42,158 bases of DNA from a virus. Taxonomy: Duplodnaviria > Caudoviricetes. The notes under the pieces were generated by a model. The model saw only the letters and a list, made by a program, of their open reading frames with translations. It was not told the origin of the DNA and searched no databases. The stretch spans positions 1-42,158 of IMG/VR virus record IMGVR_UViG_3300016476_000359; one strand, written 5' to 3'. Positions 1 through 9,183 of this stretch are shown one piece after another (positions within the stretch are counted from its first letter, which is position 1; each line of letters opens with the position of its first letter). Made by a program: the position numbers and the translations under genes.

Positions 1-1221
1 GTTCAGGCTGGTGGTACAACTAATCAAATCCTCGCTAAGGCAAGTAACACAGATTACGACACGCAATGGGTAAACGCGCCTAACGCGCCTAATGGTATGC
101 CCACTGGTGGTACCGCAGGACAAATCATCATCAAAAACTCGTCAACTGATTACGATGTGTCGTGGTCTGACAACATTGCGTACAACATCGAAACCTATGT
201 CAAGAACGCAACTGGCTCGACGCTGCCTAAAGGCTCAGTTGTGTACATTGCGGGTGCGGATACCTCAGCAAATGTTGTAACTGTAGCGCTTGCTGACGCA
301 GACACTGAAGCAACTTCGTCTAAGACTTTTGGTTTGCTCAAGCAAGAACTGACAAATGGGTCATTTGGCTATGTAGTCAACGAAGGTGTTATCGAAGGAC
401 TCGACACAAGCGCCGCAACTGTCGGGCAATCTGTGTGGCTTTCCTCAACTGCTGGTGGCTTTGTGTTTGGCTCACCTCCTGCAAAGCCCGCGCACTCTGT
501 TTACCTCGGAGTCGTGTCTCGTTCGCAATCCAATAATGGCAAAATCCAAGTCAAGGTGCAAAACGGCTACGAGCTAAACGAATTGCATGATGTCGACTTC
601 TCAAGCGTTGCTACTGGAGACATTATTCAGCGTAATTCCAGCAGTATGTGGACAAATGTTCCTGGCACAACTGTTGGGTTAGTTCCTACAGGTGCCATGA
701 TGATGTGGTACACAAACACCGCGCCTACTGGCTGGCAAATCTGTGACGGTTCAGCTGCTGCAACTTCCGCACTTGCCGCGATTGTTGGTTCTAATGTTCC
801 CGACCTTCGTACTAGGGTTCCTGTCGGTAAAGCCGCTTCTGGGACATTTGCAACGCTTGGGGCTACTGGTGGTGCTGAGACAGTTACTCTGACTACTGCA
901 GAGATGCCGTCGCACACGCACACGCTTTCTGGTTCGACAGCAAGCGATACACACAGCCACGCACCTGCTTCTGGTGACAGATTTATGGCGTTCAACTCGT
1001 CTGGCTCTGTGTCGCGTACTCGTTTTGCGTCAGGAACTAGCGGCGGCTACGCCTATCAGTCTCCTACGCAAGCTGACCTGATTTCTGGAGGGACTTCAGC
1101 TACAGACTCCGATACACACTCACACGGTGTCGGAACTCTTGCTGCCGCAAATACTGGTGGGGGTGGCGCTCACAATAACTTGCAACCGTACATCGTGCTC
1201 AACTACATCATCAAAACTTAG
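1..1221 (+). CDS. Tail fibre / receptor-binding protein, C-terminal part (continues from 41067-42158 across the window junction); phage tail-collar domain and HxH repeats
   Basis: Frame is open from base 1 (VQAGGTTNQILAKASNTDYDTQW...). Tail-collar signature PTGAMMMWYTNTAPTGWQICDG...VPDLRTRVPVG, HTH/HSH motifs and a C-terminal HNNLQPYIVLNYIIKT. Confidence 0.88.
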   Translation, partial: VQAGGTTNQILAKASNTDYDTQWVNAPNAPNGMPTGGTAGQIIIKNSSTDYDVSWSDNIAYNIETYVKNATGSTLPKGSVVYIAGADTSANVVTVALADADTEATSSKTFGLLKQELTNGSFGYVVNEGVIEGLDTSAATVGQSVWLSSTAGGFVFGSPPAKPAHSVYLGVVSRSQSNNGKIQVKVQNGYELNELHDVDFSSVATGDIIQRNSSSMWTNVPGTTVGLVPTGAMMMWYTNTAPTGWQICDGSAAATSALAAIVGSNVPDLRTRVPVGKAASGTFATLGATGGAETVTLTTAEMPSHTHTLSGSTASDTHSHAPASGDRFMAFNSSGSVSRTRFASGTSGGYAYQSPTQADLISGGTSATDSDTHSHGVGTLAAANTGGGGAHNNLQPYIVLNYIIKT

Positions 1222-1229
1222 GAGAAACG

Positions 1230-1349
1230 GTGATTACACGCGAAGACCTTACTTCAATGACAGTAATGGAGCTTATTGACAAGGCTGGAGGAATTGAGCC
1301 TGTACTTCAAGCCATGTTGGATTTACTAAATAGTCTTTCTGCAGAATAG
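1230..1349 (+). CDS. Small hypothetical protein (39 aa, MITREDLTSMTVMELIDKAGG...), possible tail-fibre chaperone
   Basis: GTG start preceded by AGGAG, directly after the tail fibre stop; fills the gap. Below the ORF-track cutoff, translated by hand. Confidence 0.55.
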   Translation: MITREDLTSMTVMELIDKAGGIEPVLQAMLDLLNSLSAE

Positions 1350-1352
1350 ACC

Positions 1353-1361
1353 TGCTAAACT
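1353..1361 (+). promoter_or_regulatory. Extended -10 promoter (TGC-TAAACT), leaderless start at 1368
   Basis: TAAACT at 1356-1361, 6 nt before the ATG; no SD. Confidence 0.65.
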
Positions 1362-1367
1362 CTTAGT

Positions 1368-1625
1368 ATGCAAACACTTACCAAGCGAATCTTCCGTGTC
1401 GCTGCGTTTGCCCTTGGCGCAGGAGTTACTGGTCTTGGTGCAGGCGCTGTCATTGGCATGGACATTATTCAGTCCGCCGCGTTCGGTGCCCTTATGGGTG
1501 TTCTCGGTATCGTTGCCGCACTTGCGTTTATTTTCGCAGGAAAGGGCAAGGTTGCTGACGAGGACTTTGACGCGACCATCAACTCTGCAATCGAGACTGT
1601 TCGGTCTAAAGAAGGCAAAAAGTAA
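1368..1625 (+). CDS. Putative holin / two-TM membrane protein
   Basis: Two hydrophobic helices, basic C-terminus, TAATG-coupled to the M23 peptidase. Confidence 0.6.
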   Translation: MQTLTKRIFRVAAFALGAGVTGLGAGAVIGMDIIQSAAFGALMGVLGIVAALAFIFAGKGKVADEDFDATINSAIETVRSKEGKK

Positions 1626-2083
1626 TGGTTTGGTATCGCCCGACATCAATGAAGAAGTTGTCAGACAACTTCGCAGACCACAAAGCCCGTGGCTCAGTCA
1701 ACCCTGGCGTTGACTACCCCGTTGCTATGGGAACAGAGGTCAAAGCCATTGCTGACGGCAAAGTGAACAAGACAGTCAACAATGTCAGCGGTGCTGGTGG
1801 ACGCATGGTGCTTATGCAACACGGCTCGTACAAGGCTGACTACCTGCACCTGTCGAAAGTTCTCGTCAAAGTAGGTCAGACCGTCAAGGCTGGCGATGTG
1901 ATTGGTCTATCTGGTGCATCAGGGCTGGGTAAGGAACGAGGCTACGGCCCGCACCTTCACCTGTCGATTCGTAAAGGTGGCTCGCACTTGACGGGCAAGG
2001 GCAACCTTGACTTTGAGGCATTTATGAAAGCCGAAAACGCAAAGCAAGCAAAGCCCGCTGAAGGCACCGAACCTACCAAGTAA
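1625..2083 (+). CDS. M23 family peptidase (endolysin candidate)
   Basis: GVDYPVAMGTEVKAIADGKV, YLHLS, VKVGQTVKAGDVIGLSG and GPHLH motifs. Confidence 0.85.
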   Translation: MVWYRPTSMKKLSDNFADHKARGSVNPGVDYPVAMGTEVKAIADGKVNKTVNNVSGAGGRMVLMQHGSYKADYLHLSKVLVKVGQTVKAGDVIGLSGASGLGKERGYGPHLHLSIRKGGSHLTGKGNLDFEAFMKAENAKQAKPAEGTEPTK

Positions 2084-2097
2084 GGTAAGTTAGTAGC

Positions 2098-3669
2098 ATG
2101 GCTACTAAGAAACAGCCGTCAGCTGATGAGCTCCTCAAACTTGCGCTGTTTGAGCTTGACCAGAGCATCCACAAGCCAAACATCCTCAACTACGGCGAGA
2201 AAGACTACCCCGAGCAGTTGCGATTCCACAAGTCGTCTGCTCGCGGACGCTTTGTGTCGGGAGGAAACCGAGGCGGAAAGACAGACGCTGAAGTTGTCGA
2301 GTCAATTTGGTGGGCAACTAACAGCCATCCGTATCTCAAACGACCCGAAGAGTGGGGCAACGGTCCGTTGCAGTTGCGTTTTGTTGTAGTTGATGTTGCC
2401 AAAGGTATTGAGCAAATCATCTTGCCCAAGATGCAACGATGGATTCCCAAGTCGTATCTGCGTGACGGAAGTTGGGATAAGAGCTGGGACAGTTCAAACT
2501 ACATCCTGACATTTGCCAATGGGTCAACGATTGACTTCGTGACCTGGGGTATGGACATGATGAAACTTGGTGGTGTTCCCCGACACGGAATCTTCTTTGA
2601 CGAGGAACCGCCCCAGCACATCTTCAACGAATCGATGATGCGTCTCATCGACTACAACGGATTCTGGGTCATTGCTGCAACGCCGACCAAAGGTATGGGC
2701 TGGACCTTTGACCTTTTGTGGGAACCTGCTACTACAGACCCGTCACTGGGCATCGACACCTTTACCCTGTCTGCTGAGCAGAATCCGTACATTCAGGCAG
2801 ACAAAGACGACATGAACTTTTACATGATGGGAATGGACAAGGAAGAGCGTGACATTCGTGAAAAAGGTTCGTTTGTGGCTCGTTCGGGTCTGGTATTTCC
2901 TACTTTCAACTCTGATTTTGAACGACATGTTGTGGACTTTAGCCCTTCCGATGTTCCTAAGCACTGGGCTATCTATGCATCCGTTGACCACGGTCTAAAC
3001 AACCCGACTGCGTGGCTGTGGCATGCCGTGTCTCCGCAAGGCGACATCGTGACTTTTGCCGAGCACTATCAGACGAACATGATTGTGTCGGAGCATGCTG
3101 CTACAGTTCGTCAGCGAGAACTGTCGTGGGGCAAAGACCCTGAGCAGATTGAGCGTATGGGCGACCCCGCAATGCGCCAGCGTAGCGGAATCACTGGCAC
3201 TAGCATCTTGCAGGAGTACGCGCTCAACGGAATCTACATCAATGTCGAAGGCATCCCGCACGATGTCATGGTCGGTATTGAGAAGATGCAAGGCTACTTC
3301 CGATTCCGTGATGACAGCTACTGGGGTAAGGGTCGACCCAAGTGGGTCATTTCTCGCAACTGTACAAACTTCCTGCGCGAAATGAAGAAGTTGCGCTGGG
3401 GAACCTACAGCTCTGACAAGACTGCGTATGAGATGAACAAGCAAGAAGTCGTGCATAAGAAAGACGACCACGCTTTTGACTCGGCTCGCTACTTTGCTAC
3501 GACACGCCCTGACTTGACACCCATCAACATTGAAGTACCGAAAACTCCGCCGACTACGCTAAGATACGAGGAGTTGCTTCTGCGTATGCAGAACGACCCC
3601 GAAGTCACATTCGTAGAAGACCAAGACACAGATTGGGTTACAGTCAGCTCCTACGGTGACTACTACTAG
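2098..3669 (+). CDS. terL: Terminase large subunit
   Basis: Walker A GGNRGGKT, Walker B IFFDEE, coupling motif ATP; RNase H-like nuclease with DHG and DDHAFDSARY. Confidence 0.93.
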   Translation: MATKKQPSADELLKLALFELDQSIHKPNILNYGEKDYPEQLRFHKSSARGRFVSGGNRGGKTDAEVVESIWWATNSHPYLKRPEEWGNGPLQLRFVVVDVAKGIEQIILPKMQRWIPKSYLRDGSWDKSWDSSNYILTFANGSTIDFVTWGMDMMKLGGVPRHGIFFDEEPPQHIFNESMMRLIDYNGFWVIAATPTKGMGWTFDLLWEPATTDPSLGIDTFTLSAEQNPYIQADKDDMNFYMMGMDKEERDIREKGSFVARSGLVFPTFNSDFERHVVDFSPSDVPKHWAIYASVDHGLNNPTAWLWHAVSPQGDIVTFAEHYQTNMIVSEHAATVRQRELSWGKDPEQIERMGDPAMRQRSGITGTSILQEYALNGIYINVEGIPHDVMVGIEKMQGYFRFRDDSYWGKGRPKWVISRNCTNFLREMKKLRWGTYSSDKTAYEMNKQEVVHKKDDHAFDSARYFATTRPDLTPINIEVPKTPPTTLRYEELLLRMQNDPEVTFVEDQDTDWVTVSSYGDYY

Positions 3670-3677
3670 GAGGAAAC

Positions 3678-4175
3678 ATGACAAGCCGATTCAAGGTCAT
3701 CGAGACCCCGATTCTTGCCCCTGGAAATTGCTGGATTAGCAAAACCACAGACGGCCCTTTTGTCGACACAGGTGTTGATGTGGGTCGTATGCACATTGAG
3801 CGTGGACGCATCTATCTGTCATTCGATGTCATTCGCGAGATGGCGCGTGTTGCAGGAATCTTAGACGAAGGCAAGCCTGCCTCTGTCGAACTCAAAGAAC
3901 AAGAGTGGTACGACAAGGGCTACTCTGACGCACTCAAGGAGAACTATGGAGATTTACTTACTCGTCTTGCTGACCGTGTTGGTCCTAGCCTCTTGGACGC
4001 TGCTAGTGTTGCAGGAGCTGTCGAAGCGGAAGCAGATTCAGGACCTTCAGGAGAGTCACTCGAAGGAACTGAAGATGCTGGTAACGCTGAACGAAAAGTC
4101 GCAAGCACTGGTAGCCGCAAGCGACCCTCTAGCGTTTCAACAAATACAGGCGATGAATCTGCCTACAGGTTATGA
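3678..4175 (+). CDS. Hypothetical phage protein between TerL and portal
   Basis: Strong AGGAGG SD; 165 aa; low-complexity C-terminus where it overlaps the next gene. Confidence 0.7.
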   Translation: MTSRFKVIETPILAPGNCWISKTTDGPFVDTGVDVGRMHIERGRIYLSFDVIREMARVAGILDEGKPASVELKEQEWYDKGYSDALKENYGDLLTRLADRVGPSLLDAASVAGAVEAEADSGPSGESLEGTEDAGNAERKVASTGSRKRPSSVSTNTGDESAYRL

Positions 4176-4332
4176 TGGATACCAGGACTATGACCCTTCC
4201 GATGAGGGTGAAGCCCAGAGAATCCTCGAACGAAACCCTAACCTTGCCTCTGAAGGGGAAGTAAATGCCGAAGAACACCGAGCCCTCCTTGCAGAGCTCA
4301 CTGGAATCGACCCCGAACTCTACGGTAACTGA
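3946..4332 (+). CDS. Overprinted N-terminally anchored membrane protein (128 aa)
   Basis: AAGGAG SD before the ATG; N-terminal hydrophobic helix, coiled-coil-like middle, acidic tail. Overlaps both neighbours. Confidence 0.65.
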   Translation: MEIYLLVLLTVLVLASWTLLVLQELSKRKQIQDLQESHSKELKMLVTLNEKSQALVAASDPLAFQQIQAMNLPTGYDGYQDYDPSDEGEAQRILERNPNLASEGEVNAEEHRALLAELTGIDPELYGN

Positions 4333-6430
4333 GCTTCCCGATAGCGGGCTTGACCTCGAAAAGTTCCGCGAAAGTAAGGAAGCCGCCCAGCTTGTCGCCT
4401 GGGTGCAAGAGCAGTGGAACAAGGCTAAGCAAAACCGTAGCCAGAAGCAGTTGCAGTGGTACCAGAACATGTCGATGTTCTACGGTCAGCAATGGGTTGA
4501 GCAGACTCGCTCCGCTTTCCCCAGCGAGTTCCGCGACAAGATGTTCACGCCGAAAAAGCCGTACTACCACCAGCGCAAAACCGTAAACCGCATCCGTGCA
4601 TACTCGCGTTGGGAACTGTCGAAGCTCCTGTCGCAGACTCCTTCTGCTCGTGCTGTCCCCGCCTCGTCCGAGGACCAAGACCAGCGAGCCGCGTTTGCCG
4701 CTGAGCAAGCGTGGACTTCCATCAGCGAAGGCAAGAAGCTTCGCGCACAGTTTGGTCGCGCAATGTGGTGGATGGTGATGACGGGTAACGGATTCATCAA
4801 GACTCACTGGGACCAGCAAGCCGTTGACCCTGTATCGGGGCAACCTGGCGACATCAAGTTTGGTAGCATTACTCCCTTCCACTTGTTCGTCCCCGACATC
4901 CGCGAACAGGACATGGAAGACCAGCCGTTTGTCATCAACGCTTACACAAAGCCTGTTGAGTGGTGCTACCACTACTTCGCTGAAGAACTGAAAGGTAAGA
5001 CGCTCCAGCCCTCGGTGTCGAGTGCCAATCAAATCATCGACGAAGCGTATCTCAACCTGGGGGCTGGACGCGCTCCTGACTCAGTTGTTGTGTACGAAAC
5101 TTGGGTCAAGCCTGGTGCTACCAAGTTGCTACCACAGGGCGGTGTCATCATTAGCGTTGACAACATCCTCATCAATGTTTACCGTGACGGACTTCCCTAC
5201 GGGCACAAGCAGTACCCGTTCACCAAGTTTGAGCATGTGCCTACTAGCACCTTCTATGCAGACTCGCCCATCGTTGACCTCGTAGAACTTCAGCGCGACT
5301 ACAACCAGTTGCGTTCGGAGATTGCAGAAGCTGGTCGCCGTATGGCAAAGCCTCAGCTCATCGCCCCTGTCGGCTCGATTGTGCCGTCCAAGATTACGAA
5401 CGAACCTGGTCTGGTTATCCAGTACAAGCCTGGCATGGCTCCGCCCCAGCCTCTTCCGCTGAGCCCGTTGCCCCAGTACTACCTTGACCAGCAAGACCGC
5501 ATCCTGAATGACTGGATTGACATTTCAGGTGAGCGTGAAGTTTCCCGAGGTAGCACTCCTCCTGGTGTTACCTCGGGAACCGCTATTAGTTATTTGCAGG
5601 AAGCAAGTAACCAATACCTGACCCCGCAGTACCAAAGCATCGAGCAAGGCTACGAGAAAATTGCTTCGCAGACTATTCGGTTGTTCCAGCAGTATGTTGA
5701 CCTGCCTCGCAAGATTCGTACTATCGGCGCTGACGGTGCGTTCGACACGATGATGCTTCAGGGAGCCGACATCACCAACGGAACTGACATCCGTGTTGAG
5801 CCTGGCTCCAGCATTGCCAAGTCAAAGGCCGCACAGGAAGCGCGTGTCATGGACATGTTTGCTGTCGGAATCATCGACCAAAACCAAGCAAAGACTCTGC
5901 TCGAAATGGGCGGAACTCAGAAGGTCATGGACACGCTCAACACCGCAGAGCGCAAGGCTCAGCGCGAGAACATCAAGATGAAGATGCTGTCTCCGATGGA
6001 AGTTGAGCAAGCACGACAGATGCAGATTCAGCAGATTTTGGAACAGCTCGACCCTGCCATCATCGAAGACCCTATGGTTCAGGAAGAAGTTGCAAACACT
6101 CCTGCACCGCTTCTTATTCCTGTCGACGACTTTGACATGCACGATGTTCACATCGAAACGCACAACCGCTTCCGCATGTCGCAAGAGTACGAACTGTTGC
6201 CGAAAGAAATCAAGGAACAGTTCGAGTTGCATGTTGCTACGCATCAGCAGTACCAGCAACAGGCAGCGTTGATGAGCTTCCTTGAGCAGATTCCTTCAGA
6301 CGGAAGTGAGGGCCTGCCTCCTTCGCCTGAAGAGCAGCAAGACATGTCTGTCGATGTTGGCGGTGCTCCTGACATGGGCGCGGGCGCTCAAATGTCCGCT
6401 AACGGCGCAGTACCCGATGTAACCGCCTAA
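4265..6430 (+). CDS. Portal protein (P22-like podoviral type)
   Basis: 721 aa, follows TerL; motifs LVELQRDYN, PGLVIQY, GVTSGTAISYLQE; Q-rich helical C-terminal barrel region. Confidence 0.88.
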   Translation: MPKNTEPSLQSSLESTPNSTVTELPDSGLDLEKFRESKEAAQLVAWVQEQWNKAKQNRSQKQLQWYQNMSMFYGQQWVEQTRSAFPSEFRDKMFTPKKPYYHQRKTVNRIRAYSRWELSKLLSQTPSARAVPASSEDQDQRAAFAAEQAWTSISEGKKLRAQFGRAMWWMVMTGNGFIKTHWDQQAVDPVSGQPGDIKFGSITPFHLFVPDIREQDMEDQPFVINAYTKPVEWCYHYFAEELKGKTLQPSVSSANQIIDEAYLNLGAGRAPDSVVVYETWVKPGATKLLPQGGVIISVDNILINVYRDGLPYGHKQYPFTKFEHVPTSTFYADSPIVDLVELQRDYNQLRSEIAEAGRRMAKPQLIAPVGSIVPSKITNEPGLVIQYKPGMAPPQPLPLSPLPQYYLDQQDRILNDWIDISGEREVSRGSTPPGVTSGTAISYLQEASNQYLTPQYQSIEQGYEKIASQTIRLFQQYVDLPRKIRTIGADGAFDTMMLQGADITNGTDIRVEPGSSIAKSKAAQEARVMDMFAVGIIDQNQAKTLLEMGGTQKVMDTLNTAERKAQRENIKMKMLSPMEVEQARQMQIQQILEQLDPAIIEDPMVQEEVANTPAPLLIPVDDFDMHDVHIETHNRFRMSQEYELLPKEIKEQFELHVATHQQYQQQAALMSFLEQIPSDGSEGLPPSPEEQQDMSVDVGGAPDMGAGAQMSANGAVPDVTA

Positions 6431-6444
6431 CGCACTAACTGTTG

Positions 6445-6450
6445 TATGCT
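6445..6450 (+). promoter_or_regulatory. Candidate -10 element (TATGCT) for the scaffold/capsid transcript
   Basis: TANNNT in the AT-rich portal-scaffold intergenic gap. Confidence 0.4.
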
Positions 6451-6537
6451 GTTAGCGTGTGAAAACAATTTCACACGAAAATCAGTTACAATTACAACAG
6501 CTAGGGCCTCCTCGGAGGTACGGCGTTAGGAGTACAA

Positions 6538-7377
6538 GTGGACGACCTTACTGGTACAGATTCAGCAGAAGTAGTTTCGACGGAAACATCTGCAACGAAT
6601 TCAGGGCCTGTAGACGGCGGAGCCCCCGCCACGGAAAGTGGAGGGAATCCCGCGTGGGAGTCTCTTCGTACAAAGCTCGACCCCATCAGCTTCAAGGCTA
6701 TTGAAGAAGACCTCAAGGGCTGGGACAAGAGCGCCGAGACTCGTATCTCGACACTCAACAGCCAACTCAAAAGCTACTCCGAGTTGGGTGATGTGGACCA
6801 GTTGCGTCAATATGCTCAGATTGCTCAGCAGATTGATGCAAACCCCGAGGCCATCTACGAAGCCTTAGGCACTTTCTTGCAGCAGAACGGGCGACTTCCT
6901 GAAACCAAAAAGGAAATGGAAGACGCTCTCGATGATGTCGAGGAAGATGGTCAGGAGCTTCGTGACCCTCGCTATGACGAACTCGCGCAACAGCAGGAAC
7001 AGATGCGTCTGTTCTTGGAAGAGCAAGAGAACGCTCGTCTAGCACAGGAAGCGGACAAAGCTCTTGAGCAGGAAATCGGGCAGCTCCAGCAAAAGTTCTC
7101 GGACTTCACGGAAGATGACATTCAGGAAGTTCTTATGCGAGCAGCATACGAACTGTCGAATGGCAACGACCGTAGCCTCGAGGAAATCGCGCAGGAGTAC
7201 ATCGAAAAGACCGTCAACCGTATTCGCGCTGTGCCGCGACCTGGTGATTCGGCCCCGCGACTTCTTCCGACTTCTGGCGGAGTCCCGACAGCAAACGCTC
7301 AGGGAACCCCGCTTGGGAAGATGTCACGAAGTGATGTGCAGTCGCTGATTGCAGCTTCGCTTCAACAGGGTGCTTAG
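6538..7377 (+). CDS. Capsid scaffolding protein
   Basis: Acidic coiled-coil protein between portal and capsid genes; AGGAG SD, GTG start. Confidence 0.8.
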   Translation: MDDLTGTDSAEVVSTETSATNSGPVDGGAPATESGGNPAWESLRTKLDPISFKAIEEDLKGWDKSAETRISTLNSQLKSYSELGDVDQLRQYAQIAQQIDANPEAIYEALGTFLQQNGRLPETKKEMEDALDDVEEDGQELRDPRYDELAQQQEQMRLFLEEQENARLAQEADKALEQEIGQLQQKFSDFTEDDIQEVLMRAAYELSNGNDRSLEEIAQEYIEKTVNRIRAVPRPGDSAPRLLPTSGGVPTANAQGTPLGKMSRSDVQSLIAASLQQGA

Positions 7378-7405
7378 TCACCACCAAACAGAAAGAAGGT
7401 AGGCT

Positions 7406-8629
7406 ATGCCCGCCAATTTGTCGACCATTGAGTCGTACATGAAGGAGGTGTACCAGGGACGCATCCGTGAGCAGCTGAACGACGAAATCGTCGCCCTCAA
7501 GCGCATCACTCGTAGCGGTTCTGGTGTCACCAACGAAACTGGTGGAAAGTATGTTACTTTCCCCATCCACACCCGCCGCAACTCGGGTATCGGTTCGCGC
7601 CTCGAATCTGAAGCGCTCCCGACTCCTGGACAGCAGGGTCACGCCGCAGCTCGTGTCGGGCTGAAGTACGGCTACGGTGGAGTCCAGCTCACTGGACAGG
7701 CCATCTCGCTCTCGTCGACGGATGCAAAGGCTTTCGCCCGCGCACTCGACAACGAGGTTGAGGGGCTCAAGAACGACATCAAGAAGGACATGAACCGTCA
7801 GATTTACGGTTCGGGTAACGGAGCCATCGGCACCGTCAAGACCACTTCTTCGTCGGTCAACATCGTCCCCGTCACTGACGCTCGCCTGTTCCAGATTGGC
7901 GCTGTTGTCGACATCGTTACGCTCCCCTCGACTGTCGCAGTCGCTGGTCGTACCGTTACGGCAATCTCGCTCACTTCTGGCTCGAACACTGTCACCCTCT
8001 CGGGTGCCGCGTTCAATGTCACGGCTGGTCAGATTATCACCCGCACGGGTTCGGGACCGTCGGCTTCGGGCAACCGCGAGCTCACTGGTCTTGCCGCTAT
8101 CGTGTCGAACACGGGTTCGTTGTACAACATCGACCCCTCGACCGAGCCTGAGTGGACCGCAGAGGTCGACTCGAACGGCGGAACCGCCCGCGCTCTCTCT
8201 GAAGAGCTCATGATTAAGATGGTTGACCGCATCCGCACTCGCGGTGGCTCGACCACCCTCATCCTGCAGTCGCTCGGTGTTCGCCGTTCGTACTTCAACC
8301 TTCTGTCGCAGCTGCGTCAGACGGTCAACACGCAGGAGTTCACTGGCGGTTTCAGCGGGTTGGCCTTCACGACCGACCGTGGTGAAATCCCTGTCGTTGC
8401 TGATGTCGACGCTCCTCTCGGAACGCAGTACTTCATCAACGAAGACACGATGACCTACTACCGCGATGAGGAATGGCACTTCCTCGACCGTGATGGTTCC
8501 ATGTGGAAGCAGGTTCGTGACGCAAACGGAGACTACGACGCTTACTATGCTCGTCTCGTGGAATACCACGAGCTCGGCTGTGACCGCCGTAACTCGAACG
8601 GTGTCATCCAGGACATCACTGAGGGCTAA
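7406..8629 (+). CDS. Major capsid protein
   Basis: 407 aa after the scaffold; strongest codon bias in the window; HK97-fold-like motifs (GKYVTFPIH, DMNRQIYGSG, ELTGLAAIV, CDRRNSNGVI); followed by a terminator. Confidence 0.9.
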   Translation: MPANLSTIESYMKEVYQGRIREQLNDEIVALKRITRSGSGVTNETGGKYVTFPIHTRRNSGIGSRLESEALPTPGQQGHAAARVGLKYGYGGVQLTGQAISLSSTDAKAFARALDNEVEGLKNDIKKDMNRQIYGSGNGAIGTVKTTSSSVNIVPVTDARLFQIGAVVDIVTLPSTVAVAGRTVTAISLTSGSNTVTLSGAAFNVTAGQIITRTGSGPSASGNRELTGLAAIVSNTGSLYNIDPSTEPEWTAEVDSNGGTARALSEELMIKMVDRIRTRGGSTTLILQSLGVRRSYFNLLSQLRQTVNTQEFTGGFSGLAFTTDRGEIPVVADVDAPLGTQYFINEDTMTYYRDEEWHFLDRDGSMWKQVRDANGDYDAYYARLVEYHELGCDRRNSNGVIQDITEG

Positions 8630-8639
8630 GCCCTAGGGG

Positions 8640-8670
8640 TGGGGCCAGTCGGGAACGGCTGGCCCCATTT
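8640..8670 (+). terminator. Intrinsic terminator after the major capsid gene
   Basis: TGGGGCCAGTCG-GGAA-CGGCTGGCCCCA hairpin (GNRA loop) followed by TTT. Confidence 0.75.
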
Positions 8671-8685
8671 CCATGTCTGAAAGGG

Positions 8686-8691
8686 TAAACT
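8686..8691 (+). promoter_or_regulatory. -10 promoter (TAAACT), leaderless start at 8698
   Basis: 6 nt before the ATG, immediately downstream of the capsid terminator, so it would re-initiate transcription. Confidence 0.6.
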
Positions 8692-8697
8692 TTTACT

Positions 8698-9183
8698 ATG
8701 AGCGACCTCACTATGAGCACTGCCCTCACCAACGACCCGAAGGTGTGGAACTCTGAGCATGGGCAGTTCATCAACGACAACCACCGCCGTTTTGCGGAGA
8801 TTTTGGCTGATTTCAAGCCCACCTACTCGTTGGTCTTTATCCCCGAAGCTGACCGTACCCAGCCTGAAGACCACGCCAAGCCTTTTGCTATTCTCGACAG
8901 TCCCGACGGATTGCCCGCCTACATTGTCCGCTACATGACTCCGAAAGAAATGGAAGAGCCCGAGAAAATTCTCGCGTGGCTGTTTATGGGCGACACTGTT
9001 CGTCACGGGGCAGAAAATGTGTTCAAGCGAATTGAGGCTGAGGAGACAGCCAAGAAACTGCTTGAACTCAAAAACCGTGAGGACGAACTTGAAGACATGG
9101 CTGAGTTTGCTCAGTTCTTGCTCGAGGGCGGTAACAGCAAGCTTCACACCTTCAAACACAACGGAAAGACCTACAACCGATGA
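8698..9183 (+). CDS. Hypothetical protein (head-tail region)
   Basis: 161 aa ORF, ATGA-coupled to the next gene. Confidence 0.7.
   Translation: MSDLTMSTALTNDPKVWNSEHGQFINDNHRRFAEILADFKPTYSLVFIPEADRTQPEDHAKPFAILDSPDGLPAYIVRYMTPKEMEEPEKILAWLFMGDTVRHGAENVFKRIEAEETAKKLLELKNREDELEDMAEFAQFLLEGGNSKLHTFKHNGKTYNR

Noticed and set aside
1-1221. Diversity-generating retroelement acting on the tail fibre
   Set aside because: No reverse transcriptase and no template/variable repeat pair seen.
4298-5032. 244-aa antisense ORF in the portal, and similar 150-220-aa antisense ORFs in polA, the Sak4-like gene and the SNF2 helicase
   Set aside because: Opposite well-supported genes; typical stop-poor reverse frames.
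7214-8569. 451-aa ORF antisense to the major capsid gene
   Set aside because: Shadow of strong codon bias in the capsid gene; no SD, no recognisable motifs.
8600-8700. Programmed frameshift or read-through extension of the capsid protein
   Set aside because: No slippery heptamer near the stop, and a terminator follows immediately.
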